Positions 8,910-19,330 of a stretch of 52,934 nucleotides of DNA are shown here, piece after piece. The stretch is from Chitinophaga pinensis (GTDB lineage Bacteria; Bacteroidota; Bacteroidia; CAMBQF01). Position numbers and translations under genes: made by a program. The notes beneath the pieces are model-generated. The model saw only the letters and a program-made list of their open reading frames with translations. It had not been told where the DNA came from and did no database searches. The stretch covers positions 1 through 52,934 of the forward strand of contig CAMBQF010000003.1 of NCBI GenBank assembly GCA_945869825.1, read 5' to 3'. How positions within the stretch are numbered: position 1 is the stretch's first letter; every line of letters begins with the position of its first letter.

Positions 8910-10871
8910 ATGGACTTATACTGCAATAGCTTAACACACTACTCTCGTTACGTTACACGCGAGGTAAACATTGGCGGATTACTTATGGGTGGCAATAACC
9001 CTATAAGAGTACAGTCTATGACTACCACCGACACCCTCGACACCATTGCTACCGTGGCACAGGCTGTGCGTATGATTGAGGCCGGCTGCGAACTGGTGCG
9101 CATTACCGCGCCCAGCATGAAGGAGGCGCAAAACCTGCAAAATATTAAAGACGAATTACGCGCCCGTGGGTACAACACCCCTTTGGTAGCCGATATTCAC
9201 TTTACCCCCAACGCTGCCGAAATTGCCGCACGTATAGTAGAAAAAGTGCGCATAAACCCCGGTAATTTTGCCGATAAAAAGAAGTTCGAACACATTGAGT
9301 ATACTGATGTTGCGTATAACGATGAGTTAGACCGCATACGCGAACGTTTTACCCCGCTGGTAAAAATTTGCAAAGAGTATGGCACCGCCATGCGCATAGG
9401 CACTAACCACGGCTCGCTTAGCGACCGTATCCTGTCGCGCTACGGCGATACACCGCTGGGCATGGTAGAAAGTGCTATGGAGTTTTTACGCATTTGCGAA
9501 GACGAGAACTACCATAACCTGGTACTTTCTATGAAAGCCAGCAATGCCCTGGTGGTGGTAGAAGCCTACCGCCTGTTGGTGGCTACCATGCAGCAAAACA
9601 ACATGAATTACCCGCTGCATTTGGGTGTTACCGAAGCCGGCGATGGAGAAGATGGCCGCATAAAATCGGCTGTGGGTATTGGCACCTTGTTAGAAGATGG
9701 CTTGGGCGATACCATTCGCGTATCGTTAACCGAAGACCCTGAGTTTGAAATACCGGTAGCTAAAGCACTGGTTGAGCGCTACAGCATCCGCGCAGCAAAC
9801 CAGCAACCTATTGCCCCTGTGCAGGAAAGCATCAAACTGCCATACAACCCCTACGAGCATGAGCGCCGCGCCACTACCGAGGTTTACAATATAGGCAACC
9901 ACAACGTGCCACGCGTTATTGCCGACTTTAGTAAAACAGAAATAACATCGCCTGCCAAACTGTTCAGTGTTGGTTACAACTACTCTATCCCCTTAGATAA
10001 GTGGAACCTTACCGATATGGCCTGCGATTATATATACTTAGGTAAGCAAAGTATAGGTTTTGCCATACCCGGCACCTTAGGCATTATACAAGATGCCGAA
10101 GTGTGGGATGCTTCTGTACCTAATACCTATCCGTTATTCGATGCAGAGCATCATCCTGAACTTGTTTTAGGAACTCGAAAATCAGAGAGTATTAACTTCC
10201 TAAAACACAATGCGGCAGGGCTTTCTGATGAGTTATTTGATTTACTAAAGAACGACCCAACCATTGTTATTGTACTAAAAACTAATAACGAACATGGCCT
10301 TGCCGAGCAGCGTCGCTTTTTTATAGAGCTTGGCCTGCGCGGCATTAAAAATCCCGTTATAATAAAACGTAATTACAACACCCTTACTACCGACCATCTC
10401 ACACTGTATTCCGCTACCGACTTGGGTGGCCTGTTGGTTGACGGCTTTGGCGATGGTATCTGGATTAATGTAAACGCCCGCGACGAGGTATCACCTAAAG
10501 TGGTTAACCAGGTGGGCTTTGGCATATTGCAGGCTACCCGCACCCGCATCTCTAAAACAGAATATATATCGTGCCCATCGTGCGGACGGACACTGTTTGA
10601 TTTGCAGGAAACTACCGCCAAAATACGCAACCGCACATCTCACCTAAAAGGTGTTAAAATTGGTATTATGGGCTGTATAGTAAACGGCCCTGGCGAGATG
10701 GCCGATGCCGACTTTGGCTACGTAGGAACAGGTGTAGACAAGATTACCCTATACCGCGGCAAAGAGGTGGTTAAACGCAACCTGCACCCCAACATAGCCG
10801 TAGACGAACTTATCCAGCTTATTAAAGACCACGGCATGTGGGTGGAAGAAAAAGCAGAGTTGGATAACTAA
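8910..10871 (+). CDS. ispG: (E)-4-hydroxy-3-methylbut-2-enyl-diphosphate synthase, long three-domain form
   Basis: PIRVQSMT, ADIHF, RINPGN, HLGVTEAG, CPSCGRT and GCIVNGPGE. Start refined to the ATG at 8910. Confidence 0.97.
   Translation: MDLYCNSLTHYSRYVTREVNIGGLLMGGNNPIRVQSMTTTDTLDTIATVAQAVRMIEAGCELVRITAPSMKEAQNLQNIKDELRARGYNTPLVADIHFTPNAAEIAARIVEKVRINPGNFADKKKFEHIEYTDVAYNDELDRIRERFTPLVKICKEYGTAMRIGTNHGSLSDRILSRYGDTPLGMVESAMEFLRICEDENYHNLVLSMKASNALVVVEAYRLLVATMQQNNMNYPLHLGVTEAGDGEDGRIKSAVGIGTLLEDGLGDTIRVSLTEDPEFEIPVAKALVERYSIRAANQQPIAPVQESIKLPYNPYEHERRATTEVYNIGNHNVPRVIADFSKTEITSPAKLFSVGYNYSIPLDKWNLTDMACDYIYLGKQSIGFAIPGTLGIIQDAEVWDASVPNTYPLFDAEHHPELVLGTRKSESINFLKHNAAGLSDELFDLLKNDPTIVIVLKTNNEHGLAEQRRFFIELGLRGIKNPVIIKRNYNTLTTDHLTLYSATDLGGLLVDGFGDGIWINVNARDEVSPKVVNQVGFGILQATRTRISKTEYISCPSCGRTLFDLQETTAKIRNRTSHLKGVKIGIMGCIVNGPGEMADADFGYVGTGVDKITLYRGKEVVKRNLHPNIAVDELIQLIKDHGMWVEEKAELDN
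10151..10175. repeat. Degenerate palindromic element in frame inside ispG (encodes HPELVLGT)
   Basis: TCATCCTGAA-CTTG-TTTTAGGAACT hairpin resembling CATCCTGAACTTGTTTCAGGATCT-type repeats. Confidence 0.5.
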
Positions 10872-10892
10872 ACCAATGGCTAAGTCTATTAA

Positions 10893-11291
10893 ATGAAGCT
10901 TTTCTCAGCTAAAAACACTACATATATATTTCATGGGTTAACCATTATTTATGGGCTTATAACAGCTTTTTACTATGTAACAAATACACAGGGCGGCATA
11001 CAAATGGGCATTGATGAGTCATGGATTGTTTGGTACGGGCATTTTGCGTTAACATTCTTCATCCTTAATATTTTTCTGTCTGTCATATATCAATTTGTAA
11101 GCCCAAGAATTGTAGCATTAAACCTATTACATATACTGGCAAGCATCGTCTTTATCCTGTACTTGTTACCAATTTCACTTTCAGTTAATTTAGAGGGATA
11201 CATAGGCTTATTTTACCTCTTTGCCACACTATGTTTTTTAATTAACGTAATTTACACGCTGATTAGCTATGGAATTAAATCTTCAAAATAA
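10893..11291 (+). CDS. Hypothetical 4-TM membrane protein
   Basis: 132-aa AT-rich ORF with four hydrophobic segments, filling the gap between ispG and the SDR gene. Confidence 0.65.
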   Translation: MKLFSAKNTTYIFHGLTIIYGLITAFYYVTNTQGGIQMGIDESWIVWYGHFALTFFILNIFLSVIYQFVSPRIVALNLLHILASIVFILYLLPISLSVNLEGYIGLFYLFATLCFLINVIYTLISYGIKSSK

Positions 11292-12054
11292 AAACGCCCT
11301 TGTGTGCGGCTCTACGCAAGGCATAGGCAAAGCAGCAGCGGTAGAATTAGCCCTGTTGGGTGCCAACGTTACCTTATTAGCCCGAAACGAGGAAAGCCTT
11401 AAAGAAGCTATTAAAGACCTGGATGTTACCCTTGGTCAACAACACAACTATTTAGTTGCAGATTTTGCTGATACTAATGCGCTAAAGGTGTTGGCAGAAA
11501 ATAGTATTGTCAAAGGCAACTACCACATACTGGTAAATAATACAGGCGGCCCACCGGCAGGCCCGGCAAAAGATGCTATGGTGGAAGAGTTTCTTTCAGC
11601 CTTTAACAACCACCTGATAGCTAACCACATTATTACACAGGCGGTTATTGACAGTATGAAAACTGCCGGCTATGGCCGTATCATCAACGTTATTTCTACA
11701 TCGGTAAAGCAACCTATACCGGGGCTTGGAGTATCTAACACTATACGTGCAGCCGTAGGCAACTGGGCTAAAACCCTTGCCGGCGAATTAGGCCAATATG
11801 GCATTACGGTAAACAACGTGTTGCCCGGGGCTACTGAAACGCAACGCCTTCATAGCATTATAACCAACAATGCCGCTAAAAAGCAACAATCGGAAGATGA
11901 AGTATCGGCCCACATGGTGGCTGAAATACCAATGAAACGCTTTGCCCAACCCGAAGAAATAGCCGCTGCAATAGCCTTTTTAGCATCGCCTGCCGCGGGT
12001 TATATCAATGGCATTAATGTTCCCGTAGATGGTGGACGAACGGCTTGCTTGTAG
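11269..12054 (+). CDS. SDR family oxidoreductase
   Basis: GSTQGIG, ILVNNTGGPP, SNTIR and VPVDGG. Confidence 0.92.
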   Translation: MELNLQNKNALVCGSTQGIGKAAAVELALLGANVTLLARNEESLKEAIKDLDVTLGQQHNYLVADFADTNALKVLAENSIVKGNYHILVNNTGGPPAGPAKDAMVEEFLSAFNNHLIANHIITQAVIDSMKTAGYGRIINVISTSVKQPIPGLGVSNTIRAAVGNWAKTLAGELGQYGITVNNVLPGATETQRLHSIITNNAAKKQQSEDEVSAHMVAEIPMKRFAQPEEIAAAIAFLASPAAGYINGINVPVDGGRTACL

Positions 12055-12062
12055 AGAATTTT

Positions 12063-12272
12063 ATGAAACGCAAAATAGCATTTGCTCTAATAATGGGTAT
12101 AGTTACTACTTGTATTATATCCTTTACGTTAATATCTATTAATGTAGGGTTTGTACCCGGTTTTTTACGCATATGGATACGCTCTTGGGGAATAGCTTAT
12201 ATGGTAGTTATTCCAGCTATACTTTTTATTGGCCCACAGGTACAAAAACTGGTAGACAGGTTATTGAAATAA
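12063..12272 (+). CDS. DUF2798-like small membrane protein
   Basis: MKRKIAFALIMGIVTTCIISF...WIRSW, with two TM helices. Start refined to the ATG at 12063. Confidence 0.75.
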   Translation: MKRKIAFALIMGIVTTCIISFTLISINVGFVPGFLRIWIRSWGIAYMVVIPAILFIGPQVQKLVDRLLK

Positions 12273-12345
12273 GTTATTGCTGTTTGGTATTAAAACAAAG
12301 CCCCCACTTGTTTAAGCAGGGGATAACAAATAAGTAAGGTGTTAA

Positions 12346-12795
12346 CTACCTGTTGTTCAAATAATTTTTAATGCCGTTTAATGATGAGTTGATGCCGTTG
12401 CGCTGCTTAACCAATAACTTGCCTAAAGCGCTGTCGCTTTTAATATTTTCTAAAACATAAGCATATTCTCTAAGGGTAACCTCTTCACCCTTTATGCACT
12501 CCATTATTATTGAGTCATCATCATCATCCAGTACCGCAGATTTTAAAAACACCCATGTACGTTTTGCCACACCTAACGGTTCATCGTCGGCAGCAGTTTT
12601 ACCCACCAACACGCGCAATTGGTTTTGCAGTTGCGTTGCATAGCCAGCATGCTCAGCTGCCAGGCTGGTAAATATCTTTTTCAGCGTAGCGTCTTCCGTA
12701 TCGTTAGCAACATTGGCATAGCCAACTTTAGCATCTTCAGCTATAGCTATTAAGTAATTTATTTTACCCGACAGGGTTTTACCTTCAAATTCCAT
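12346..12795 (-). CDS. PA2169/DUF2383-like four-helix-bundle (ferritin-like) protein
   Basis: LIAIAEDAKVGY, KRTWVFLKSA and ECIKGEE...EY. Confidence 0.75.
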   Translation of the reverse strand: MEFEGKTLSGKINYLIAIAEDAKVGYANVANDTEDATLKKIFTSLAAEHAGYATQLQNQLRVLVGKTAADDEPLGVAKRTWVFLKSAVLDDDDDSIIMECIKGEEVTLREYAYVLENIKSDSALGKLLVKQRNGINSSLNGIKNYLNNR

Positions 12796-12821
12796 TATTC
12801 ACTATTTTAAATCTTTAAAAC

Positions 12822-12847
12822 AAAAGCCCCGCCTTAAGCGGGGCTTT
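12822..12847 (-). terminator. Intrinsic terminator of aconitase
   Basis: AAAGCCCCGC-CTTAA-GCGGGGCTTT. Confidence 0.75.
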
Positions 12848-12879
12848 CTATAAGCTATACGCTGCAAGCTATCAACTAA

Positions 12880-15144
12880 CTAAGCTACCTGCGCTCGGAT
12901 AATATTTAACGCACCACCTGCTTTAAACCACTCTATTTGTTGGTCGTTATAGGTGTGGTTAACCACTATTTCTTCAGTTGTGCCATCGGCATGGTTTAAC
13001 ACCACCGTAAGTGGCTGGCCTGCAGCAAACGTTGTTAAACCTACAATATCCAACACATCATCTTCCTGAATTTTATTGTAGTCTTCTTTGTTTGCAAAAG
13101 TCAACGCCAACATACCTTGTTTCTTAAGGTTAGTTTCGTGAATACGGGCAAACGATTTTACCAATACCGCGCGAACACCTAAGTGGCGTGGCTCCATAGC
13201 GGCATGTTCGCGAGAAGAACCCTCGCCGTAGTTTTCATCACCCACAACAATAGAACCAATGCCTGCTGCTTTGTAAGCACGTTGTACCGCAGGTACAGCG
13301 CCATATTCGCCAGTTAATTGGTTTTTAACGCTATTGGCAGTATCGTTAGCAAAATTGATAGCGCCAATAAGCATGTTGTTTGATATGTTATCTAAGTGGC
13401 CACGGTATTTTAACCATGGGCCAGCCATAGAAATATGGTCGGTAGTACACTTACCTTTAGCTTTAATAAGTAGTTTTAAGCCTTTCAGGTCAACACCTTC
13501 CCAAGCTGCAAATGGAGCAAGAAGTTGAAGGCGGTCAGACGTTGACGATACAGCAATTTGTACGCTTGAACCATCCTCAGCCGGGGCCTGGAAACCTGCA
13601 TCTTCAACAGCAAAACCGTTGCGTGGCAGCTCGTCGCCGGTTGGGGCTTCAAGCATTACCTTCTCGCCGTTTTCGTTGGTCAGATAATCGGTCAATGGGT
13701 TAAACGTTAAATCGCCGGCAATGGCCAAAGCTGTTGTTATTTCAGGTGATGCAACAAACGCGTAGGTATTTGGGTTACCATCCTGACGGGCAGCAAAGTT
13801 GCGGTTAAAAGAGTGAACAATAGTGTTTTTCTCTTTCTTTTCAGCTCCCGTGCGGGCCCACATACCAATACATGGTCCGCAGGCGTTAGAAAACACCTCA
13901 GCACCTATTTTATTGAAGATATCAATAAAACCGTCGCGCTCTATTGTATAGCGAATTTGTTCTGAACCCGGAGTAATAGTAAACTCAGCTTTGGCTTTCA
14001 GGTTTTTATCAGCCACTTGCTTAGCTAACGATACCGAACGGCTAATATCCTCGTACGATGAGTTAGTGCAAGAACCTATTAAACCCACTTCAACTTTTGT
14101 AGGCCAGCCATTAGCTGCAGCAGCTTCTTTCATTTTAGATATTGGCGTAGCCAAATCGGGCGTAAATGGGCCGTTTATGTATGGCTCAAGCTCATCAAGG
14201 TTAATTTCAATTACCTGGTCAAAGTACAACTCGGGGTTAGCATATACCTCAGGGTCGCCCGTTAAGTGTTCTTTAATAGCGTTGGCAGCATCGGCCACAT
14301 CGGCACGCTCAGTAGCACGCAGGTAGCGGTCCATGCTCTCATCGTACCCAAAGGTTGATGTGGTAGCGCCAATCTCGGCACCCATGTTGCAAATAGTGCC
14401 TTTGCCTGTAGCGCTCATACTTATAGCGCCTTCACCAAAATATTCAACAATAGCACCTGTACCGCCTTTTACGGTTAGTATGCCTGCCACTTTTAAAATA
14501 ACATCTTTTGACGATACCCAACCGTTTAGTTTGCCGGTTAGTTTTACTCCTATCAGTTTGGGGAATTTTAATTCCCAAGCCAAACCCGCCATTACATCGC
14601 AAGCATCGGCACCACCAACACCAATAGCTACCATACCCAAACCACCTGCGTTTACAGTGTGGCTATCAGTACCTATCATCATACCACCAGGAAAAGCGTA
14701 GTTCTCTAAAACAATTTGGTGAATGATACCTGCACCGGGTTTCCAAAAACCAATACCGTATTTATCAGATACTGAGGCAAGAAAATCATACACCTCTTTG
14801 TTGCCTGTAACAGCCTGGCTTAAATCGGGAGCAGAGCCTTCTTTAGCTTGTATTAAGTGGTCGCAATGCACAGTTGATGGTACAGCAACCTTTGGCCTGC
14901 CAGCTTGCATAAACTGCAACAGCGCCATTTGGGCTGTTGCGTCTTGCATGGCAACACGGTCAGGGTTAAAATCTACGTAATCCACACCACGGCCATACGC
15001 TTTAGTAGCATCACCTTCGGCAAGGTGGGTGTAAAGAATTTTTTCTGTTAATGTAAGAGGTTTGTTCACCGCTTTACGGGCTGCAGCAATACGCTCTGGA
15101 AACTTTGCGTAAAGTGCTTTAATCATTTCTATATCAAAAGCCAT
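12880..15144 (-). CDS. Aconitate hydratase (mitochondrial-type, about 750 aa)
   Basis: [45 protein letters not shown] and GSSREHAA. Confidence 0.97.
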   Translation of the reverse strand: MAFDIEMIKALYAKFPERIAAARKAVNKPLTLTEKILYTHLAEGDATKAYGRGVDYVDFNPDRVAMQDATAQMALLQFMQAGRPKVAVPSTVHCDHLIQAKEGSAPDLSQAVTGNKEVYDFLASVSDKYGIGFWKPGAGIIHQIVLENYAFPGGMMIGTDSHTVNAGGLGMVAIGVGGADACDVMAGLAWELKFPKLIGVKLTGKLNGWVSSKDVILKVAGILTVKGGTGAIVEYFGEGAISMSATGKGTICNMGAEIGATTSTFGYDESMDRYLRATERADVADAANAIKEHLTGDPEVYANPELYFDQVIEINLDELEPYINGPFTPDLATPISKMKEAAAANGWPTKVEVGLIGSCTNSSYEDISRSVSLAKQVADKNLKAKAEFTITPGSEQIRYTIERDGFIDIFNKIGAEVFSNACGPCIGMWARTGAEKKEKNTIVHSFNRNFAARQDGNPNTYAFVASPEITTALAIAGDLTFNPLTDYLTNENGEKVMLEAPTGDELPRNGFAVEDAGFQAPAEDGSSVQIAVSSTSDRLQLLAPFAAWEGVDLKGLKLLIKAKGKCTTDHISMAGPWLKYRGHLDNISNNMLIGAINFANDTANSVKNQLTGEYGAVPAVQRAYKAAGIGSIVVGDENYGEGSSREHAAMEPRHLGVRAVLVKSFARIHETNLKKQGMLALTFANKEDYNKIQEDDVLDIVGLTTFAAGQPLTVVLNHADGTTEEIVVNHTYNDQQIEWFKAGGALNIIRAQVA

Positions 15145-15224
15145 TAGATAATTGAGGTTTTATTAGCTTAAATTTTGAGTGTAAAGGTAGTGATTATAGC
15201 CATTTGGTGTTTAGAAACAATTGC

Positions 15225-15245
15225 TATTTAGAAATGTTCTAAGAA
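15225..15245. promoter_or_regulatory. Palindromic regulator site upstream of aconitase (Fur-like box candidate)
   Basis: TATTTAGAA-ATG-TTCTAAGAA, with a TTAGAA/TTCTAA inverted repeat, lies just upstream of the candidate -7 box TACCTTTAC (15181-15189, minus strand). Confidence 0.5.
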
Positions 15246-15455
15246 ATAGCCGATACGTCTATTTTACAGCTATTTGAAGGCAGTAAAAATAAAATAACAA
15301 TGCCGAGACTAAACAAAGAACCAATAAAATAATGTGTACTGGAATGTGGTGCCCGTACGACCAATATATACCTGCCTCTAAAAAATGACGTGGCATTGTT
15401 ACTCAGTCACATTCAGCATAGCCCAACAAGGTAAACTATACTTATATCACCAAAT

Positions 15456-15486
15456 AAAACGCCCCGACATTACTGACGGGGCGTTT
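15456..15486 (-). terminator. Intrinsic terminator of gltA
   Basis: AAACGCCCCG...CGGGGCGTTT. Confidence 0.75.
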
Positions 15487-15505
15487 CTATAATACTTTAA
15501 TCTAT

Positions 15506-16807
15506 TTAGCTGCGGTCGCCAATGTTAACGTAGTTACGCTCAGTCTCGCCAACGTAAATCTGACGTGGGCGGCCAATAGGCTCTCCGTTAGCAATCATCT
15601 CTTTCCACTGGGCTATCCAACCCGGTAGGCGGCCTAGGGCAAACATTACCGTAAACATCTCAGTAGGTATACCCATAGCGCGGTATATAATACCAGAGTA
15701 GAAGTCTACGTTAGGGTATAGCTTACGCTCTACAAAGTAAGGGTCGCGCAAAGCTACCTCTTCCAGCTTTTTAGCTATCTCCAGTATATCATCGTGCACA
15801 CCCAGTTTGTTCAACAACTGGTCGCAGGCTTGTTTAATAATTTTAGCACGTGGGTCAAAGTTTTTGTACACACGGTGGCCAAAGCCCATTAAACGGAAGT
15901 TGTCGTTTTTATCTTTTGCTTTCTCAACCCACTTGTCAACGTTGCCACCATCTTCGTGAATCATATCCAGCATTTCAATAACCTCTTGATTAGCGCCACC
16001 ATGTAGCGGCCCCCAAAGGGCAATAGTACCTGCTGCTATAGAAGCGTAAAGGTTAGCTTTAGAAGAACCTACCATACGCACGGTTGATGCAGAGCAGTTT
16101 TGCTCATGGTCGGCATGCAGAATAAGCAGTTTATCTAAAGCATTTGCAACTACAGGGTCAATCTCGTACTCCTCAGATGGGTTAGCAAACATCATGTGCA
16201 AGAAATTCTCTACATAGTTTAGAGAGTTTTTGGGGTACATTATAGGATGCCCTACAGAGTTTTTATATGCCCACGAAGCAATAGTTGGGAATTTAGCCAA
16301 TACACGGTGTACGGTTAAATCAATCTCGGCCGCGGTGCGTTTTGATTTGTTATTTTCAGGATAGAAGGTTGATAGCGAGCAAACTACCGATGCTACAACG
16401 CCCATAGGGTGCGCTTTAGATGGGTACGCTTCGTAAAAACGCTTCATATCTTCGTGCACCAGTGTGTGGCGAGATATGTCTGAGTTAAATTTCTCAAGCT
16501 CAGTTTTGGTGGGCAGTTTGCCATATACCAATAAGTACGAAACCTCGGTAAAGGTTGATTTTTCAGCCAGTTGCTCAATGGGGTATCCGCGGTAACGCAG
16601 TATACCTTCCTCACCATCTAAAAAGGTAACGGCGCTAGTGGTAGCACCTGTATTTTTGTAACCCGAATCAAGGGTAATGTAACCGGTTTGGTCGCGCAAT
16701 TTGGTAATATCAATTGCTTTTTCGTTTTCAGTACCAACTGTAACAGGTATTGAATACGTAGTACCGTCTAAGGTAATTTGTGCTGGCTGTTGTTCTTTTT
16801 CAGACAT
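15506..16807 (-). CDS. gltA: Citrate synthase
   Basis: DGEEGILRYRGY, LHADHEQNCS, GPLHGGAN, GFGHRVYKNFDPRA and YPNVDFYSG. Confidence 0.98.
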   Translation of the reverse strand: MSEKEQQPAQITLDGTTYSIPVTVGTENEKAIDITKLRDQTGYITLDSGYKNTGATTSAVTFLDGEEGILRYRGYPIEQLAEKSTFTEVSYLLVYGKLPTKTELEKFNSDISRHTLVHEDMKRFYEAYPSKAHPMGVVASVVCSLSTFYPENNKSKRTAAEIDLTVHRVLAKFPTIASWAYKNSVGHPIMYPKNSLNYVENFLHMMFANPSEEYEIDPVVANALDKLLILHADHEQNCSASTVRMVGSSKANLYASIAAGTIALWGPLHGGANQEVIEMLDMIHEDGGNVDKWVEKAKDKNDNFRLMGFGHRVYKNFDPRAKIIKQACDQLLNKLGVHDDILEIAKKLEEVALRDPYFVERKLYPNVDFYSGIIYRAMGIPTEMFTVMFALGRLPGWIAQWKEMIANGEPIGRPRQIYVGETERNYVNIGDRS

Positions 16808-16938
16808 TGTAGTAAAAGTTTACTGTACTTGGATTTTGCCTTTTTGCTCAGGCGGTGCAAGTTTAAACAATATTTTTTGTTTTTGTAACACCTTGGCCTT
16901 AAAAGTGCTGTTTTATGGGTTACTTTTGTATTGCCGCT

Positions 16939-18066
16939 ATGATAAAGCAATTAAGAGCCGTTTTTGTTTTAACCGCTACCCTCATATTTTTAACCCCATC
17001 AGCAAACGCTCAGTTACTAAAGCGCTTTTTTGGCCCGCCCGATAATACAACGGCAAAAACCAAAAGGCATAAAATACTGGCCATACCAGTAATAAGCCGC
17101 GCTCCTGAAACCGACTGGACCTTTGGTGCTGCCGGCACCTGGCTTTTTAAAACCAGCAGTAAAGATACCCTGCTGCGCACCTCCAACTTACAACTAATAG
17201 GCATTTACACCCTGCGCAAACAGTATGTAGGCCAGCTGGATGCTAACATTGTTTTTCCGCGTGAGCGGTGGTACCTGAAAATGCATGCATCGCTATCGCG
17301 TTTCCCCGATACGTTTTGGGGCGTTGGCAACAATATGCCCGATAATAATAAAGAGGGTTACGCCTTTAGCCAATACCATATAAACCCTACACTAATGCGT
17401 ATGATAAGACCTAAGCTATTCGCGGGACTTATTTTCGATTTACAAAAATTCTATAACATAAGCTATACCCCCAGCGGTATATTCGACCAACAGCAGCTAC
17501 CCGGCCGCCGAGGCAGCCTGATATCAGGCACTGGTGTTACTTTTTTATTAGACAGCCGCGATAACCTATACAATGCCTACAAAGGCTGGTATACGCAGTT
17601 TACCTCTATCTTTTACGGAAAAGCCTTTGGCAGCCAATTTACTTACAACCAATTGATAATAGACACCCGCAAGTATATAAATGTATACCGTAAACATGTG
17701 TTAGCGTTGCAGGCTTACTTTGAATATAACGGACCAGGTACGGCACCATTCCGCAACCTGGCGCGTATGGGCGGGCCAGAGCGTATGCGCGGCTATTACT
17801 CAGGACGATTTACCGATAGGGCCCATATGTGTTACCAGGCTGAATACCGTTTCCCCATTTGGTGGCGTTTTGGCGCAACCGTATTTGCGGCACTGGGCGA
17901 AGTTGCCCCTTCTTTTGGTAAAATGAGCATAAACGGCCTTAAGTATACCTATGGTGCAGGCCTGCGCTTTGCCGCCAACCGCATGGAGCGTATAAATTTC
18001 CGTTTCGACTACGGTTTCCGCAAAGGCGGTGGCGATTACTACTTTACCGTTGCCGAAGCATTCTAA
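16939..18066 (+). CDS. Omp85 (BamA/TamA-family) outer-membrane beta-barrel without evident POTRA domains
   Basis: Signal peptide, DSRDN, MRGYYSGRF, GAGLRF and C-terminal AEAF. Start refined to 16939, downstream of the TACTTTTG box at 16921. Confidence 0.8.
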   Translation: MIKQLRAVFVLTATLIFLTPSANAQLLKRFFGPPDNTTAKTKRHKILAIPVISRAPETDWTFGAAGTWLFKTSSKDTLLRTSNLQLIGIYTLRKQYVGQLDANIVFPRERWYLKMHASLSRFPDTFWGVGNNMPDNNKEGYAFSQYHINPTLMRMIRPKLFAGLIFDLQKFYNISYTPSGIFDQQQLPGRRGSLISGTGVTFLLDSRDNLYNAYKGWYTQFTSIFYGKAFGSQFTYNQLIIDTRKYINVYRKHVLALQAYFEYNGPGTAPFRNLARMGGPERMRGYYSGRFTDRAHMCYQAEYRFPIWWRFGATVFAALGEVAPSFGKMSINGLKYTYGAGLRFAANRMERINFRFDYGFRKGGGDYYFTVAEAF

Positions 18067-18089
18067 TTACTACTTTTGAATCTGTACCC

Positions 18090-19214
18090 ATGACAGATAA
18101 TCCATACAGTATCCACTTTCCAGGCCTTAACAATCTGCGCTTTATTGCCGCTATGGGGGTGCTTATATTCCATATAGAACTTAAAAAGCAACTGCTGGGT
18201 TTTAAGTTCTACTGCATGCACCAGCTAATAAACCTTGGCGACGTATCGGTAACTTTATTCTTTGTGTTAAGTGGTTTTTTAATAACCTACCTGCTGCTGG
18301 CAGAAAGAAAACAAACAGGTACCGTGGCGGTAAAAAAATTCTATACACGGCGTATATTGCGTATCTGGCCATTATATTATCTTATATTAATACTGGGCTT
18401 TTTTGTGCTACCCAATATTAGTATTTTTCAAATTCCTACTTCGGGTTTAATAAATACGGGCGATACAATTCAGCTATCCTTATTCTTCCTGTTGTTTGCC
18501 AATATTGGATTTATAATATACGGCAATGTTGCGTATATAGACCAAACATGGTCGGTGGCAGTAGAAGAACAATTTTACCTGGTATGGCCATTTATTATAA
18601 AACTATTTAAACGAATATTACCAGCATTGATATTTATAATTTTACTATTTGGGCTATTACGCATTGTTTTTACCCATCTGTTTTACAAGGCAGAGACGTA
18701 TCATTCCTTCTACTGGTTTTTTAAATATACCCGCATAGACACTATGGCTATTGGCGGTTTATTTGCCTACTCGCTATTTAATAGTTATGAAAAAATAACA
18801 ACCCTATTGTACAATAAATACCTGCAACTATTAGCTATTTTTTTATTGATTTTGCTGCTGGTTAAAGGCTATACCCTACCCTATGTACACCAGCAGGTAT
18901 ATGCTGTTCTGTTTGGTATTGTAATTATTAATGCAGCCGCTAACCAAAAATCGTTGCTGTACTTAAAGGTATGGGGTTTAAATTACCTGGGTAAAATATC
19001 GTATGGCGTATATATGTACCATAATATAATGGTGGTTTTGGCTTTAAAAGTGTGCGCTCATTATTTCAGTACTTCTTCTGCCTTGTTCTTAGTTACCTCC
19101 TATTTAGTTGCAATACTTCTTACCTTGTTCATCTCGCATCTTTCTTACTGGTATTTCGAGCGTTTATTTCTTTCCCTTAAAAATAAGTTTACTGTTGTTG
19201 GCAGCACCAACTAG
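18090..19214 (+). CDS. Acyltransferase-3 (OafA/YrhL-like O-acyltransferase)
   Basis: LRFIAA, FFVLSGFLIT, RRILRIWPLYY, WSVAVEEQFY and GKISYGVYMYH. Confidence 0.92.
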   Translation: MTDNPYSIHFPGLNNLRFIAAMGVLIFHIELKKQLLGFKFYCMHQLINLGDVSVTLFFVLSGFLITYLLLAERKQTGTVAVKKFYTRRILRIWPLYYLILILGFFVLPNISIFQIPTSGLINTGDTIQLSLFFLLFANIGFIIYGNVAYIDQTWSVAVEEQFYLVWPFIIKLFKRILPALIFIILLFGLLRIVFTHLFYKAETYHSFYWFFKYTRIDTMAIGGLFAYSLFNSYEKITTLLYNKYLQLLAIFLLILLLVKGYTLPYVHQQVYAVLFGIVIINAAANQKSLLYLKVWGLNYLGKISYGVYMYHNIMVVLALKVCAHYFSTSSALFLVTSYLVAILLTLFISHLSYWYFERLFLSLKNKFTVVGSTN

Positions 19215-19330
19215 GTAAGTACTTTTTAGTAAACTATACCTGTCTACAAACAAAATAAACTGTTTTAGGTTTCTCCGTACGCCAAAATTATGGCGCTAAA
19301 AATCAATGTTTTAACATCAATAATATACAC

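Noticed and set aside
5116-15486. Shared ACATTACTG loop in the terminators at 5116-5142 and 15456-15486
   Set aside because: The match is short and most simply reflects a common terminator family or chance; it implies no mobile element between them.
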